Notes under the pieces: model-generated
What the model saw: only the letters and a program-made list of their open reading frames with translations
Told to the model about the DNA's origin: nothing
The model's database searches: none
Shown: positions 1 to 7,801 of the stretch, in pieces
Numbering within the stretch: position 1 is the stretch's first letter
How the letters are laid out: each line of letters begins with the position of its first letter
Source: a virus
Lineage: Duplodnaviria; Caudoviricetes
DNA length: 64,000 nucleotides
Strand: one strand, 5' to 3'
Virus record (IMG/VR): IMGVR_UViG_3300042342_001286
Made by a program: the position numbers and the translations under genes

Positions 1-15
1 TGTAACTAACCTATA

Positions 16-582
16 ATGAAAATTAGACTTAAACGTTGTATATATAAAAACGGATTAGATATAATCGCACCTTTAAAATGTGGTACCCGTTGGTTAGAGG
101 GGTTAGATGTGAAAAATCGTATAGATACTTTTGGATTTGACATAACTGATTTAGAGAAACATATACATAGTGGTACTACTTTTATATATAGACCTATAAT
201 GGAACATTTTCTATCTGGTACAGTAACTGATTTATCATTCAAACCTCAATTGGACGTAATTGATATTGTAACCAATATGATAGAAGGTGGTTCCGTACAT
301 TGGTATCCGTATCTATATAAAAAACTTTATCCATTACATAAAAAGTTAGGATTTTCATTTTATAAACTTCGAGATCTGTCTCAACTTACTCCAACTGATT
401 CCAAATTACAATGGTCACCGACCCAATATGAATTTAAACTACCAACTAAATACAATTCCATAGAAACGGCATTAAGTACCTTACCACACGAACACTCTAT
501 TCAATTAGAAAAATTGATTAGTGAAGAGGAGAAGTGGCTTAAACTAATGATAGAACCACATTATAATGGAAAGAATTGGTAA
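16..582 (+). CDS. sulfotransferase-like protein
   Basis: APLKCGTRW resembles the 5'-PSB loop and YRPIMEHFLSG the 3'-PB motif; two similar genes lie nearby. Confidence 0.45.
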   Translation: MKIRLKRCIYKNGLDIIAPLKCGTRWLEGLDVKNRIDTFGFDITDLEKHIHSGTTFIYRPIMEHFLSGTVTDLSFKPQLDVIDIVTNMIEGGSVHWYPYLYKKLYPLHKKLGFSFYKLRDLSQLTPTDSKLQWSPTQYEFKLPTKYNSIETALSTLPHEHSIQLEKLISEEEKWLKLMIEPHYNGKNW

Positions 583-622
583 TTACAAAAAATTATTGTA
601 TATTTAAATTAAAGTAGTATGT

Positions 623-1183
623 ATGATTTACCAAGAAAAAATATTTACAAAAGAGGAATGTCAAACTATAATACAATACCACAAAAAATATACAGAATTA
701 GAAGGTTGGTTTCCGTCAAAACTTATCGATGGACAGAGAATAAAAAGTAATCAAAATTTAATGTCATATGAAGTGTACACCATATTAAATAATAATGAAA
801 CCAATTGGTTTTATGATAAATTAATTAATTGGTTTAGTGAAGTTAGTGAAGTTAAAATTGACAAAACTTTTAAAACACTTATATGTACTTTGCATAGATA
901 TACAATTGGCGACCATTTTACAAAGCATATAGATTTAATTAAAGGATACGAAGAAAGAAGATATAATTTAGGGATACAATTGAATGATGACTATGATGGT
1001 GGTGAATACATTACGTGGGATGATTCCGGTAACGAGATTATAATAAATAAAGAACCTGGTACGGCGTTGGGATATCATTGTAGAATATGGCACGAAATAA
1101 AAGAAATTACAAATGGGGAAAGATGGTCTATTGTGATGCCAATTGAAAAAAGTCAAATAATTCAAAAATTAAATTTAATTTAA
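623..1183 (+). CDS. 2OG-Fe(II) oxygenase (prolyl 4-hydroxylase-like)
   Basis: HID, YDGGE and WHEIKEITNGERWS give the HxD...H...R signature. Confidence 0.85.
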   Translation: MIYQEKIFTKEECQTIIQYHKKYTELEGWFPSKLIDGQRIKSNQNLMSYEVYTILNNNETNWFYDKLINWFSEVSEVKIDKTFKTLICTLHRYTIGDHFTKHIDLIKGYEERRYNLGIQLNDDYDGGEYITWDDSGNEIIINKEPGTALGYHCRIWHEIKEITNGERWSIVMPIEKSQIIQKLNLI

Positions 1184-1186
1184 TAA

Positions 1187-1666
1187 ATGAATATTTTTAA
1201 AAATTATATAAGTCAAGACGATATTGATATAATATTAAAATATTATAATTTTGGTAATCAAAATAATGATGTAATATCATATCATGGTAAGTCTTTTGAG
1301 AAAATAGTTCATTTAAAAGAAATATTTTATTGTGATTTAAGTAATCAAATATTAGTTAGTACTATAATAAAATATATAAAATTGGAGGAAGATGAGGTTA
1401 TATATTCATTACATTATATTAAATATGAGACAGGTTATTATGCTAGAAATCATATAGATGTAAAGTCAAGTAAAACGTATTTGATTATGTTAAACGATAG
1501 TTTTGAAGGAGGTGAATTATATGTTAATAATGAATTGGTAAATTTTAAAAAGGGAGATTTAGTTAACTTTAATGGTCAAACCGAACAACATGAGGTTAAA
1601 GAAATAACATCGGGTTGTAGAGAAATTATGGCCATTTGGATCACAAAGAATAAAAGATTATTATGA
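1187..1666 (+). CDS. 2OG-Fe(II) oxygenase
   Basis: NHID, FEGGEL, QHEVKEITSGCR. Confidence 0.85.
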   Translation: MNIFKNYISQDDIDIILKYYNFGNQNNDVISYHGKSFEKIVHLKEIFYCDLSNQILVSTIIKYIKLEEDEVIYSLHYIKYETGYYARNHIDVKSSKTYLIMLNDSFEGGELYVNNELVNFKKGDLVNFNGQTEQHEVKEITSGCREIMAIWITKNKRLL

Positions 1667-1853
1667 CGGTATAAAAAATAGACATATATTCAAAACTATT
1701 TTATATCGTCTTATAAGTATTTTAACCTAATTCTTAACAATATGGTGGATAAAGTGGATCTATTAAGATTGAGACCCCCCCAAAAAAAGGTTGTGAAATT
1801 AGTATGTAAACCCCACTTAATACTATATATATGAGATAATTTGGTATAAATGA
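1663..1853 (+). pseudogene. decayed DUF2061-like small membrane protein
   Basis: Pieces in different frames read KNRHIFKTILYRLISILT*FLTIWWI / SGSIKI / YYIYEIIWYK, matching the RxxxKTxxYR...YYxHERxW pattern; in-frame stop and several frameshifts. Confidence 0.5.
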
Positions 1854-1988
1854 ATAAAATATGAACTAAAAGAGAAAAATTAACTATTTATAGATAAAGT
1901 AAAATAGATTTGATAAATTGAATAATTATTTGTATATTTAAATAAAAATAATCGATATATCATTTATAAAAAAGTATAAACAAAACAT

Positions 1989-3524
1989 ATGAGAACATTG
2001 CTATTAGGGACAGATTTTGCATACAATTCAAATGGTGATTTAAGACCAATTGAGATAAACACCAATATTGGTTGGGATGTGAGATTAGCGGCTGAGACTG
2101 AGGGGGCCATAAATTTGACACAATTTATAAGCTTTGTATCAAACAACAATTTTGTAAAGGTCACATTTATCGGTGGAATTCCACAAGTAAGTGAAAAATT
2201 TAATGAGGCTTGTGTTAATTTGGGGGTAGAATATGAATTTATTGAAACTTTAGGGGGTATTACAATTCCATATATTGAAGATAGTGATAATCACTTAATT
2301 GTAAGAAGTGCCTACGATGTTTCAGCAATCGTTGACGAAACTTACTGCAAAGATAAAGTAAATTTTTTAAAACTGTTTCAGAATGAAAATTTTGGGTTTA
2401 AGTTTGCATATATGGATGAAACTTCACAAGTTATATCAAATATAACGACCATACCTAATAATGGTATACACCCAAACTTTATTTTAAAAGCAAGATTTCC
2501 AATATATGATAGGGAAGTATACCCAAAATTTTTTAAAGTTTCAAATATTGAAGAATTAAATGAAGTTATTACAAATAATGTAAATGAAGATTATTTCTTA
2601 ATGGAATATTTGTTTAATGAGGAAAAATTAAACGAAGGACGTATTACAATTATTCGTTCCTTAAATATCTTATACCCACCAACATTAGAATCGATTCCTA
2701 TCTGTGCATACAAAAAATATGGTAATTTAAAGGTTATGCAAGAATTAAATGACAACTCATATGATAGTCTAACACATCAAATTTCTAATGTAGATAGAAA
2801 CGGATACTTAACAGGGACACAAAGGTTGGTGAAACCTAAATTACTTGATACGGATTTAGTTGTAATGGCAGATGGTAGTTTTAAAACAGGGCAAGATTTA
2901 CAGGTTGGTGATACTGTTAAAACAATTAGACTATATGAAAATCAACCTAACATAACTGAGGCCAACGAATTGAGGACATATAACGTTGATTATAATGAAC
3001 TTCTTTCAAATTCATCATTTAGTACCAATGTAATAACATTTAAAAAAAGAATTGATGTTTCAGTTAAATTAACAACACTAAACTTTAGTGACGAAACAAA
3101 TTGGAAAGATACATCAAATTCTGTTTATTTAATAAAAAGAAATAACAATGTTATGTGGGCAACAATTGGGGAAGATATAAACACACAAACTACATCAAAT
3201 TTACAAATAGGGGATATATTATTATTAATAAATGTTGGTAATTATGATACTATTTCATTTAATGAAAAAACTGTGATATCTATACAAGACGAAACCGAAG
3301 TATTAAGTGGATATATAATAGGTGTACAAGACGAACATATTTTCCTAACCATAACAGATGGTGATTCTGCAACCGTATCATCATATATCGCAGTAGAACA
3401 CAATTCATATTGTGCACCATGTAATTCAATTGGAGTAGGGTCTGGTGGATGTGATAAGATGTATGAAGTTTGTTCGGCAACAGGTGCTTGTGGATATTAT
3501 TCAAATAGATGTCTACAACTCTAA
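1989..3524 (+). CDS. circularly permuted ATP-grasp-like ligase fused to a Hint domain and a C-terminal Cys-rich peptide
   Basis: N-terminal GTDF...IEINTN, then FILKAR and FLMEYL (permuted ATP-grasp order); LVVMADGSFK...LQVGD Hint start; VEHN/S Hint end; 39-aa tail with 6 Cys. Confidence 0.7.
   Translation: MRTLLLGTDFAYNSNGDLRPIEINTNIGWDVRLAAETEGAINLTQFISFVSNNNFVKVTFIGGIPQVSEKFNEACVNLGVEYEFIETLGGITIPYIEDSDNHLIVRSAYDVSAIVDETYCKDKVNFLKLFQNENFGFKFAYMDETSQVISNITTIPNNGIHPNFILKARFPIYDREVYPKFFKVSNIEELNEVITNNVNEDYFLMEYLFNEEKLNEGRITIIRSLNILYPPTLESIPICAYKKYGNLKVMQELNDNSYDSLTHQISNVDRNGYLTGTQRLVKPKLLDTDLVVMADGSFKTGQDLQVGDTVKTIRLYENQPNITEANELRTYNVDYNELLSNSSFSTNVITFKKRIDVSVKLTTLNFSDETNWKDTSNSVYLIKRNNNVMWATIGEDINTQTTSNLQIGDILLLINVGNYDTISFNEKTVISIQDETEVLSGYIIGVQDEHIFLTITDGDSATVSSYIAVEHNSYCAPCNSIGVGSGGCDKMYEVCSATGACGYYSNRCLQL
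2838..3404 (+). other. Hint (intein-like/BIL) domain with Lys at position 1 and terminal His-Asn
   Basis: KLLDTDLVVMADGSFKTGQDLQVGDTV aligns to the CLxxGTxVxMADGxxKxIxxLxVGD pattern; ends HIFLT...VEHN followed by Ser; no homing endonuclease insert visible. Confidence 0.75.
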
Positions 3525-3545
3525 AAAACTATTAAAATTTATATT

Positions 3546-3632
3546 ATGAATACAATAACAGAACAAGAAATATTAGAAATGAATAATTTAATGACCCAAA
3601 TCGGTGCATTAATTATTAACGAAAATTCTTAA
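3546..3632 (+). CDS. 28-aa micro-ORF
   Basis: ATG...TAA reading MNTITEQEILEMNNLMTQIGALIINENS fills the gap after the ATP-grasp-Hint gene. Confidence 0.45.
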   Translation: MNTITEQEILEMNNLMTQIGALIINENS

Positions 3633-3670
3633 AAAATTACACCTATCGTTTAATTAGTTATATTTAATCA

Positions 3671-3955
3671 ATGAGTTTAGATTTATTAGAAATAGTATCC
3701 GCATGGATAACAGCAGCAAACCCATCTGACGCAGAAGCGTCCCTTGCACAAAAACGTTCAGAAATTTGTAATTCTTGTGAACACAAAAAAGAACGTATAA
3801 AAAAATTTAAATTAGGTATAGTTTGTGATTTATGTGGATGTCCATTAATGAAAAAAATTTATTCTAAAAATAACAATCCATGCCCGATTGGAAAATGGGA
3901 AGAAGTTGACAAGTTGTTTTTTGCAAAAAAATTAAATAATGAAAAAATTATTTAA
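3671..3955 (+). CDS. small Cys-rich metal-binding phage protein
   Basis: CNSC...CDLCGCP...CPIGKW pattern. Confidence 0.7.
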   Translation: MSLDLLEIVSAWITAANPSDAEASLAQKRSEICNSCEHKKERIKKFKLGIVCDLCGCPLMKKIYSKNNNPCPIGKWEEVDKLFFAKKLNNEKII

Positions 3956-4638
3956 TGTCAATTCTTATTAACAATCAACTTATTTGGGTTTCAATTCCAA
4001 GATGTGCGTCTGTCTCAATAGAAGATTCATTAAAAAATAATAATCAATTACAAATAAATCTAACATCTAAAGAACCCTACCCCAATATAAATACAAACCA
4101 CCATTTTCATTTTAGAAAAAACTTCTTATTAGAAGAATTTGGTTTTCAAAAAACTTGTTGTATCACAAGAAATTGGTTTGACAGATGGTATAGTGCATTG
4201 GAATATTTTTTTGAAATATCAAATCATCTTCATAGAAACGAATTAAAATATAATTGGTCGGATATTGATAATAACTTTATTTATGAATATTTTAATAAAA
4301 ATTTAGCAGATGCAATATATTGTGATAATGAATATAAAATACAAAAAGAATATAGTAAATTTTTTAATGTAATAAATAAAAACTTACCCGATACGTTATC
4401 GATATTTGCATGTAAGAATTATTGGACAGATAACACAAAATGTGATTATGAATTTGATATTTCCGAAATAGATAAATTCAAAAATTTAATATATGAAAAA
4501 TTTGGTGTAGTATTAAAAATTAAAAAAATGAATGGAACATCAAAAATAAAAAATAAAATTGAAGTTAATGATGAATTAAAAAAATGGGTTTGGGATGTTT
4601 TTGAAAAGCCCTTCACCAAAAATATGAGATTAGTGTAA
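3955..4638 (+). CDS. sulfotransferase family protein
   Basis: WVSIPRCASVSI (IPKxAxTS-like) and ITRNWFDRWYSA (RxPxxRxxS-like). Confidence 0.6.
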   Translation: MSILINNQLIWVSIPRCASVSIEDSLKNNNQLQINLTSKEPYPNINTNHHFHFRKNFLLEEFGFQKTCCITRNWFDRWYSALEYFFEISNHLHRNELKYNWSDIDNNFIYEYFNKNLADAIYCDNEYKIQKEYSKFFNVINKNLPDTLSIFACKNYWTDNTKCDYEFDISEIDKFKNLIYEKFGVVLKIKKMNGTSKIKNKIEVNDELKKWVWDVFEKPFTKNMRLV

Positions 4639-5264
4639 TGAAACAAAAATCTAATTTATATATTTGTGGTGATAGTTTTGTTGATTGGGAAGTACCTAAA
4701 ATGCATTGGACGGACTATCTATCCAATCATTATAACGTAATTAAATTTGGAAAATTTGGAGCTGATAATCACTCTATATTATACCAAACAGGAAATATAC
4801 CAAATTATACAAATGGTGATAGAATCATAATAGTTTTTACATCCCCATCAAGATTCCCAAGAAGATATTTTGGGGAAAGAGAAATAAATCATAATTCAAA
4901 ATATTTAAATTGGGAATGGTATAAGGATAAATTATTTGCAAAAAAACTGTTTGAATTACGAATTAAAGAAACAAATAGTTGGTTAAATGGTGAACGAGAC
5001 GATGAAATTTTATTTCTTAAGAAAATAAAAATGTTTTATAACCACCACCAACCAATATTTGTAACATGGAACGATGAGTTTTATGAAAAAACAAAAGAGT
5101 TTATAGAATTAATAAAAGTAACTTCTATTGCAGATGAAGGAGGTGACCCAATAGATTGGCATCCAGGTTGGAAAGGGTGCCATGATTTTTATGTTAAACT
5201 ACATAAACTTTTAAATATAGATGAACCAATTGTAGATTTTAAAAATAATAAAAGTATAATATGA
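4638..5264 (+). CDS. SGNH/GDSL-like hydrolase or acyltransferase
   Basis: N-terminal CGDSF and C-terminal DWHP. Confidence 0.55.
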   Translation: MKQKSNLYICGDSFVDWEVPKMHWTDYLSNHYNVIKFGKFGADNHSILYQTGNIPNYTNGDRIIIVFTSPSRFPRRYFGEREINHNSKYLNWEWYKDKLFAKKLFELRIKETNSWLNGERDDEILFLKKIKMFYNHHQPIFVTWNDEFYEKTKEFIELIKVTSIADEGGDPIDWHPGWKGCHDFYVKLHKLLNIDEPIVDFKNNKSII

Positions 5265-5842
5265 AAATAGAAAAATATAAAATAGATTATCCATACGATA
5301 AACAAATATTAATTAGTCAACTTAAAAAAAATATTAATTTATATTCATCCCAAACAGGTGATTATGATTCTCCTGGTATACAAACTCCATTAGGATTGGT
5401 CACAAAGGAAATCACTTTCATAAAAGAAATAGCAACTAAAAAGGCAATTGATTATCTCAAAAAGAATGGTATAATTGATACGGTTATAGATTATTGTTTA
5501 GAGACTTGGGTTTTTATATCAAGAAATGAAACAAAACAATCTTTATGGCATGACCATTTAAAAATGGGAGGAAAATATAAAAATTCCATTATAACTGATT
5601 TAACCTTCACTTATTATGTACAAATGCCAAATAATTTAAATGGTAATGAAGGTATGTTCTCATATAGTTTTGATAAAAATGAATTTTCAGTTTTACCTGA
5701 AGAAGACGAATTATTTTTATTTTCGTCAAAAATACTTCACAAACCTGAAATTTCCCCAAATTCAACTAAAGATAGAATTGTAATTGCTGGTAATTTTAAA
5801 TTTAATGTTTCTAATGTAAAAGAAAAAAATACATTATTATAA
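5261..5842 (+). CDS. putative 2OG-Fe(II) oxygenase
   Basis: WHDH, YYVQMP, LHKP...DRIVIAGN. Confidence 0.7.
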   Translation: MKIEKYKIDYPYDKQILISQLKKNINLYSSQTGDYDSPGIQTPLGLVTKEITFIKEIATKKAIDYLKKNGIIDTVIDYCLETWVFISRNETKQSLWHDHLKMGGKYKNSIITDLTFTYYVQMPNNLNGNEGMFSYSFDKNEFSVLPEEDELFLFSSKILHKPEISPNSTKDRIVIAGNFKFNVSNVKEKNTLL

Positions 5843-5928
5843 TTTTATTATGTAATAAATTTTTAACATATAATTAAAATTATAAAATAAATTAATATGA
5901 GAGCTTTAACAACATCAATTTTTTAATA

Positions 5929-6489
5929 ATGGTTATAACAATACTAGCAGAACCACGAAGTGGATCAACCAACTTAACTAATTGGTTTTTTAGTAATAAA
6001 AATTTTACCACATTATTTGAACCCATAACAAGTCCAAATTGGAAGTGGTATAAACATGGTGTATCACCAAAATTGTGGGAATATAAAACACCACACATTT
6101 TAATTAAAGAAACATATGATATTAAAACAGATTTTTCAGAATTAATAGAAATATCAGATAAGGTAATTATTTTATATAGAGAAAATATAAGTGAACAAAG
6201 TGAATCTTGGTTAAATGCTAATAAAACAAATAATTGGGATAAAGCATGGGTATTTAAAGAAAATTTAATAAAAGACGGAGATGTATCATATTTTAATCAA
6301 ATCAAAAACGGATTAAAAGAAAATTATTTAAATAAAGATTATTTTAATATATCATATGAAGAACTATATTACAATAATGGTTTTCAAAAAATATTAGATT
6401 ATTTAAATATGGTTGAATTAGAAAATAAAAATTTTCCTTACGGAGAAAAATATAGAATAAATGTTAATAAAGGAACAAGTCTTATTTAA
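5929..6489 (+). CDS. sulfotransferase-like protein (Stf0-like)
   Basis: EPRSGST PAPS-binding loop, LYREN, ISYEEL. Confidence 0.6.
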   Translation: MVITILAEPRSGSTNLTNWFFSNKNFTTLFEPITSPNWKWYKHGVSPKLWEYKTPHILIKETYDIKTDFSELIEISDKVIILYRENISEQSESWLNANKTNNWDKAWVFKENLIKDGDVSYFNQIKNGLKENYLNKDYFNISYEELYYNNGFQKILDYLNMVELENKNFPYGEKYRINVNKGTSLI

Positions 6490-6961
6490 TAAAGAGGAGT
6501 GTGAATCTATAATATCGTATAACGACACCCATATTAAAAATTGGATAATGAGTGATAGAAAATATAATTCACAATCAATTACATATTCGTTGGAAACGAA
6601 ATGGTTGTTTGATAAACTTAAAACATTTTTTGAAGAACAATCAAACATACGGATAAAAAAAAATAAAGAAGTTATACATTTTCATAAATTTGTAAAAGGT
6701 GATTGGTTTGGAAAACATAATGATATTAGAAATAATAGATTATATGCAGTGGGAGTTTTATTAAATGGTGATTTTGAAGGAGGTGACTTTAAATTGTATA
6801 ACCCAAATGAAATTACATTAGATAAAGTTATTGGGAATACATATTTATTTGATGTAAGAATAGACCATGAAATAACACCAATTTTAGAAGGTGTACGATA
6901 TTCTTTATTATGGTTTTTAGAAAACGAACATATAAAAATAGAAACAAATAAATTAATATGA
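6461..6961 (+). CDS. 2OG-Fe(II) oxygenase
   Basis: KHND, FEGGDF, HEITPILEGVRYSL. Confidence 0.85.
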   Translation: MLIKEQVLFNKEECESIISYNDTHIKNWIMSDRKYNSQSITYSLETKWLFDKLKTFFEEQSNIRIKKNKEVIHFHKFVKGDWFGKHNDIRNNRLYAVGVLLNGDFEGGDFKLYNPNEITLDKVIGNTYLFDVRIDHEITPILEGVRYSLLWFLENEHIKIETNKLI

Positions 6962-7770
6962 ATCCACTAAAATATTGGGACCCTAATGAATTTGAAATCT
7001 CATCGTACAAGTTTAAATTAGGTGAACGAAAAAACAAAATATTTAAAACATCAGGTACAGACAACACAGGTTTATGTACATACACATATAATGAATTAGG
7101 ATTTAGAGGTGATAGTATTAAAAGAGAAGGGTTTAAAATTATGTCATTTGGATGTTCAAATACCGAAGGTGTTGCGGTTAATGATCATGAAACTTGGCCA
7201 GCTCAATTCACATCATTGATACCAAATGGTGTTAATTTTAATTTTGGTGCTGGCGGTAGAAGTAATGATTTCATTGTTAGATGTTTATTAACGTATTATG
7301 ATGTAATAAAACCTGATTTAATATTTATAATGTATCCTTCACCTTTAAGAAGAGAAATATATACTAAAGATTGTGGTATTGAACCGTTCATGCCAACGGC
7401 TTCTTGGGGTTATTTAAAAGAAACTGATGATGGTATTAAAACACAAGAATATTTAACTTATTTACAAAATTATAATGAGGATACCGTAAATTGGTATAAA
7501 AATCATTTATTAATAAAATATTTTTTAGAATCTAAAAATTGTAATTGGGTATGGAATGGTTGGAATGTTAGAGAAATAACATCGATAGATCATAATGAAC
7601 TCAACAGATTTGATGGTGATTATGGGAAATATTTAGATTTAGGTGTGGATAATGGACATCCAGGGCCTAACCATAATAAGACCTATGCAAATAAACTACA
7701 TGATTTTATATCAAAAAATTTCCCAAGTTATATAAATTATTTACCAAAAAATAAACAAAATTTGATTTGA
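6958..7770 (+). CDS. SGNH-like protein
   Basis: YNELGFRG, FGCSNTEG, FNFGAGG, DNGHPG. Confidence 0.55.
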   Translation: MNPLKYWDPNEFEISSYKFKLGERKNKIFKTSGTDNTGLCTYTYNELGFRGDSIKREGFKIMSFGCSNTEGVAVNDHETWPAQFTSLIPNGVNFNFGAGGRSNDFIVRCLLTYYDVIKPDLIFIMYPSPLRREIYTKDCGIEPFMPTASWGYLKETDDGIKTQEYLTYLQNYNEDTVNWYKNHLLIKYFLESKNCNWVWNGWNVREITSIDHNELNRFDGDYGKYLDLGVDNGHPGPNHNKTYANKLHDFISKNFPSYINYLPKNKQNLI

Positions 7771-7801
7771 TTTTTCACATATTTTCATTATATTATCATT
7801 A

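Noticed and set aside
2838-3404. Ordinary mobile intein
   Set aside because: No residue-1 Cys/Ser, no homing endonuclease, and the C-terminal part is a short Cys peptide rather than the rest of an enzyme.
5897-5926. Nine-codon ORF MRALTTSIF
   Set aside because: Too short to support; could be chance or a remnant.
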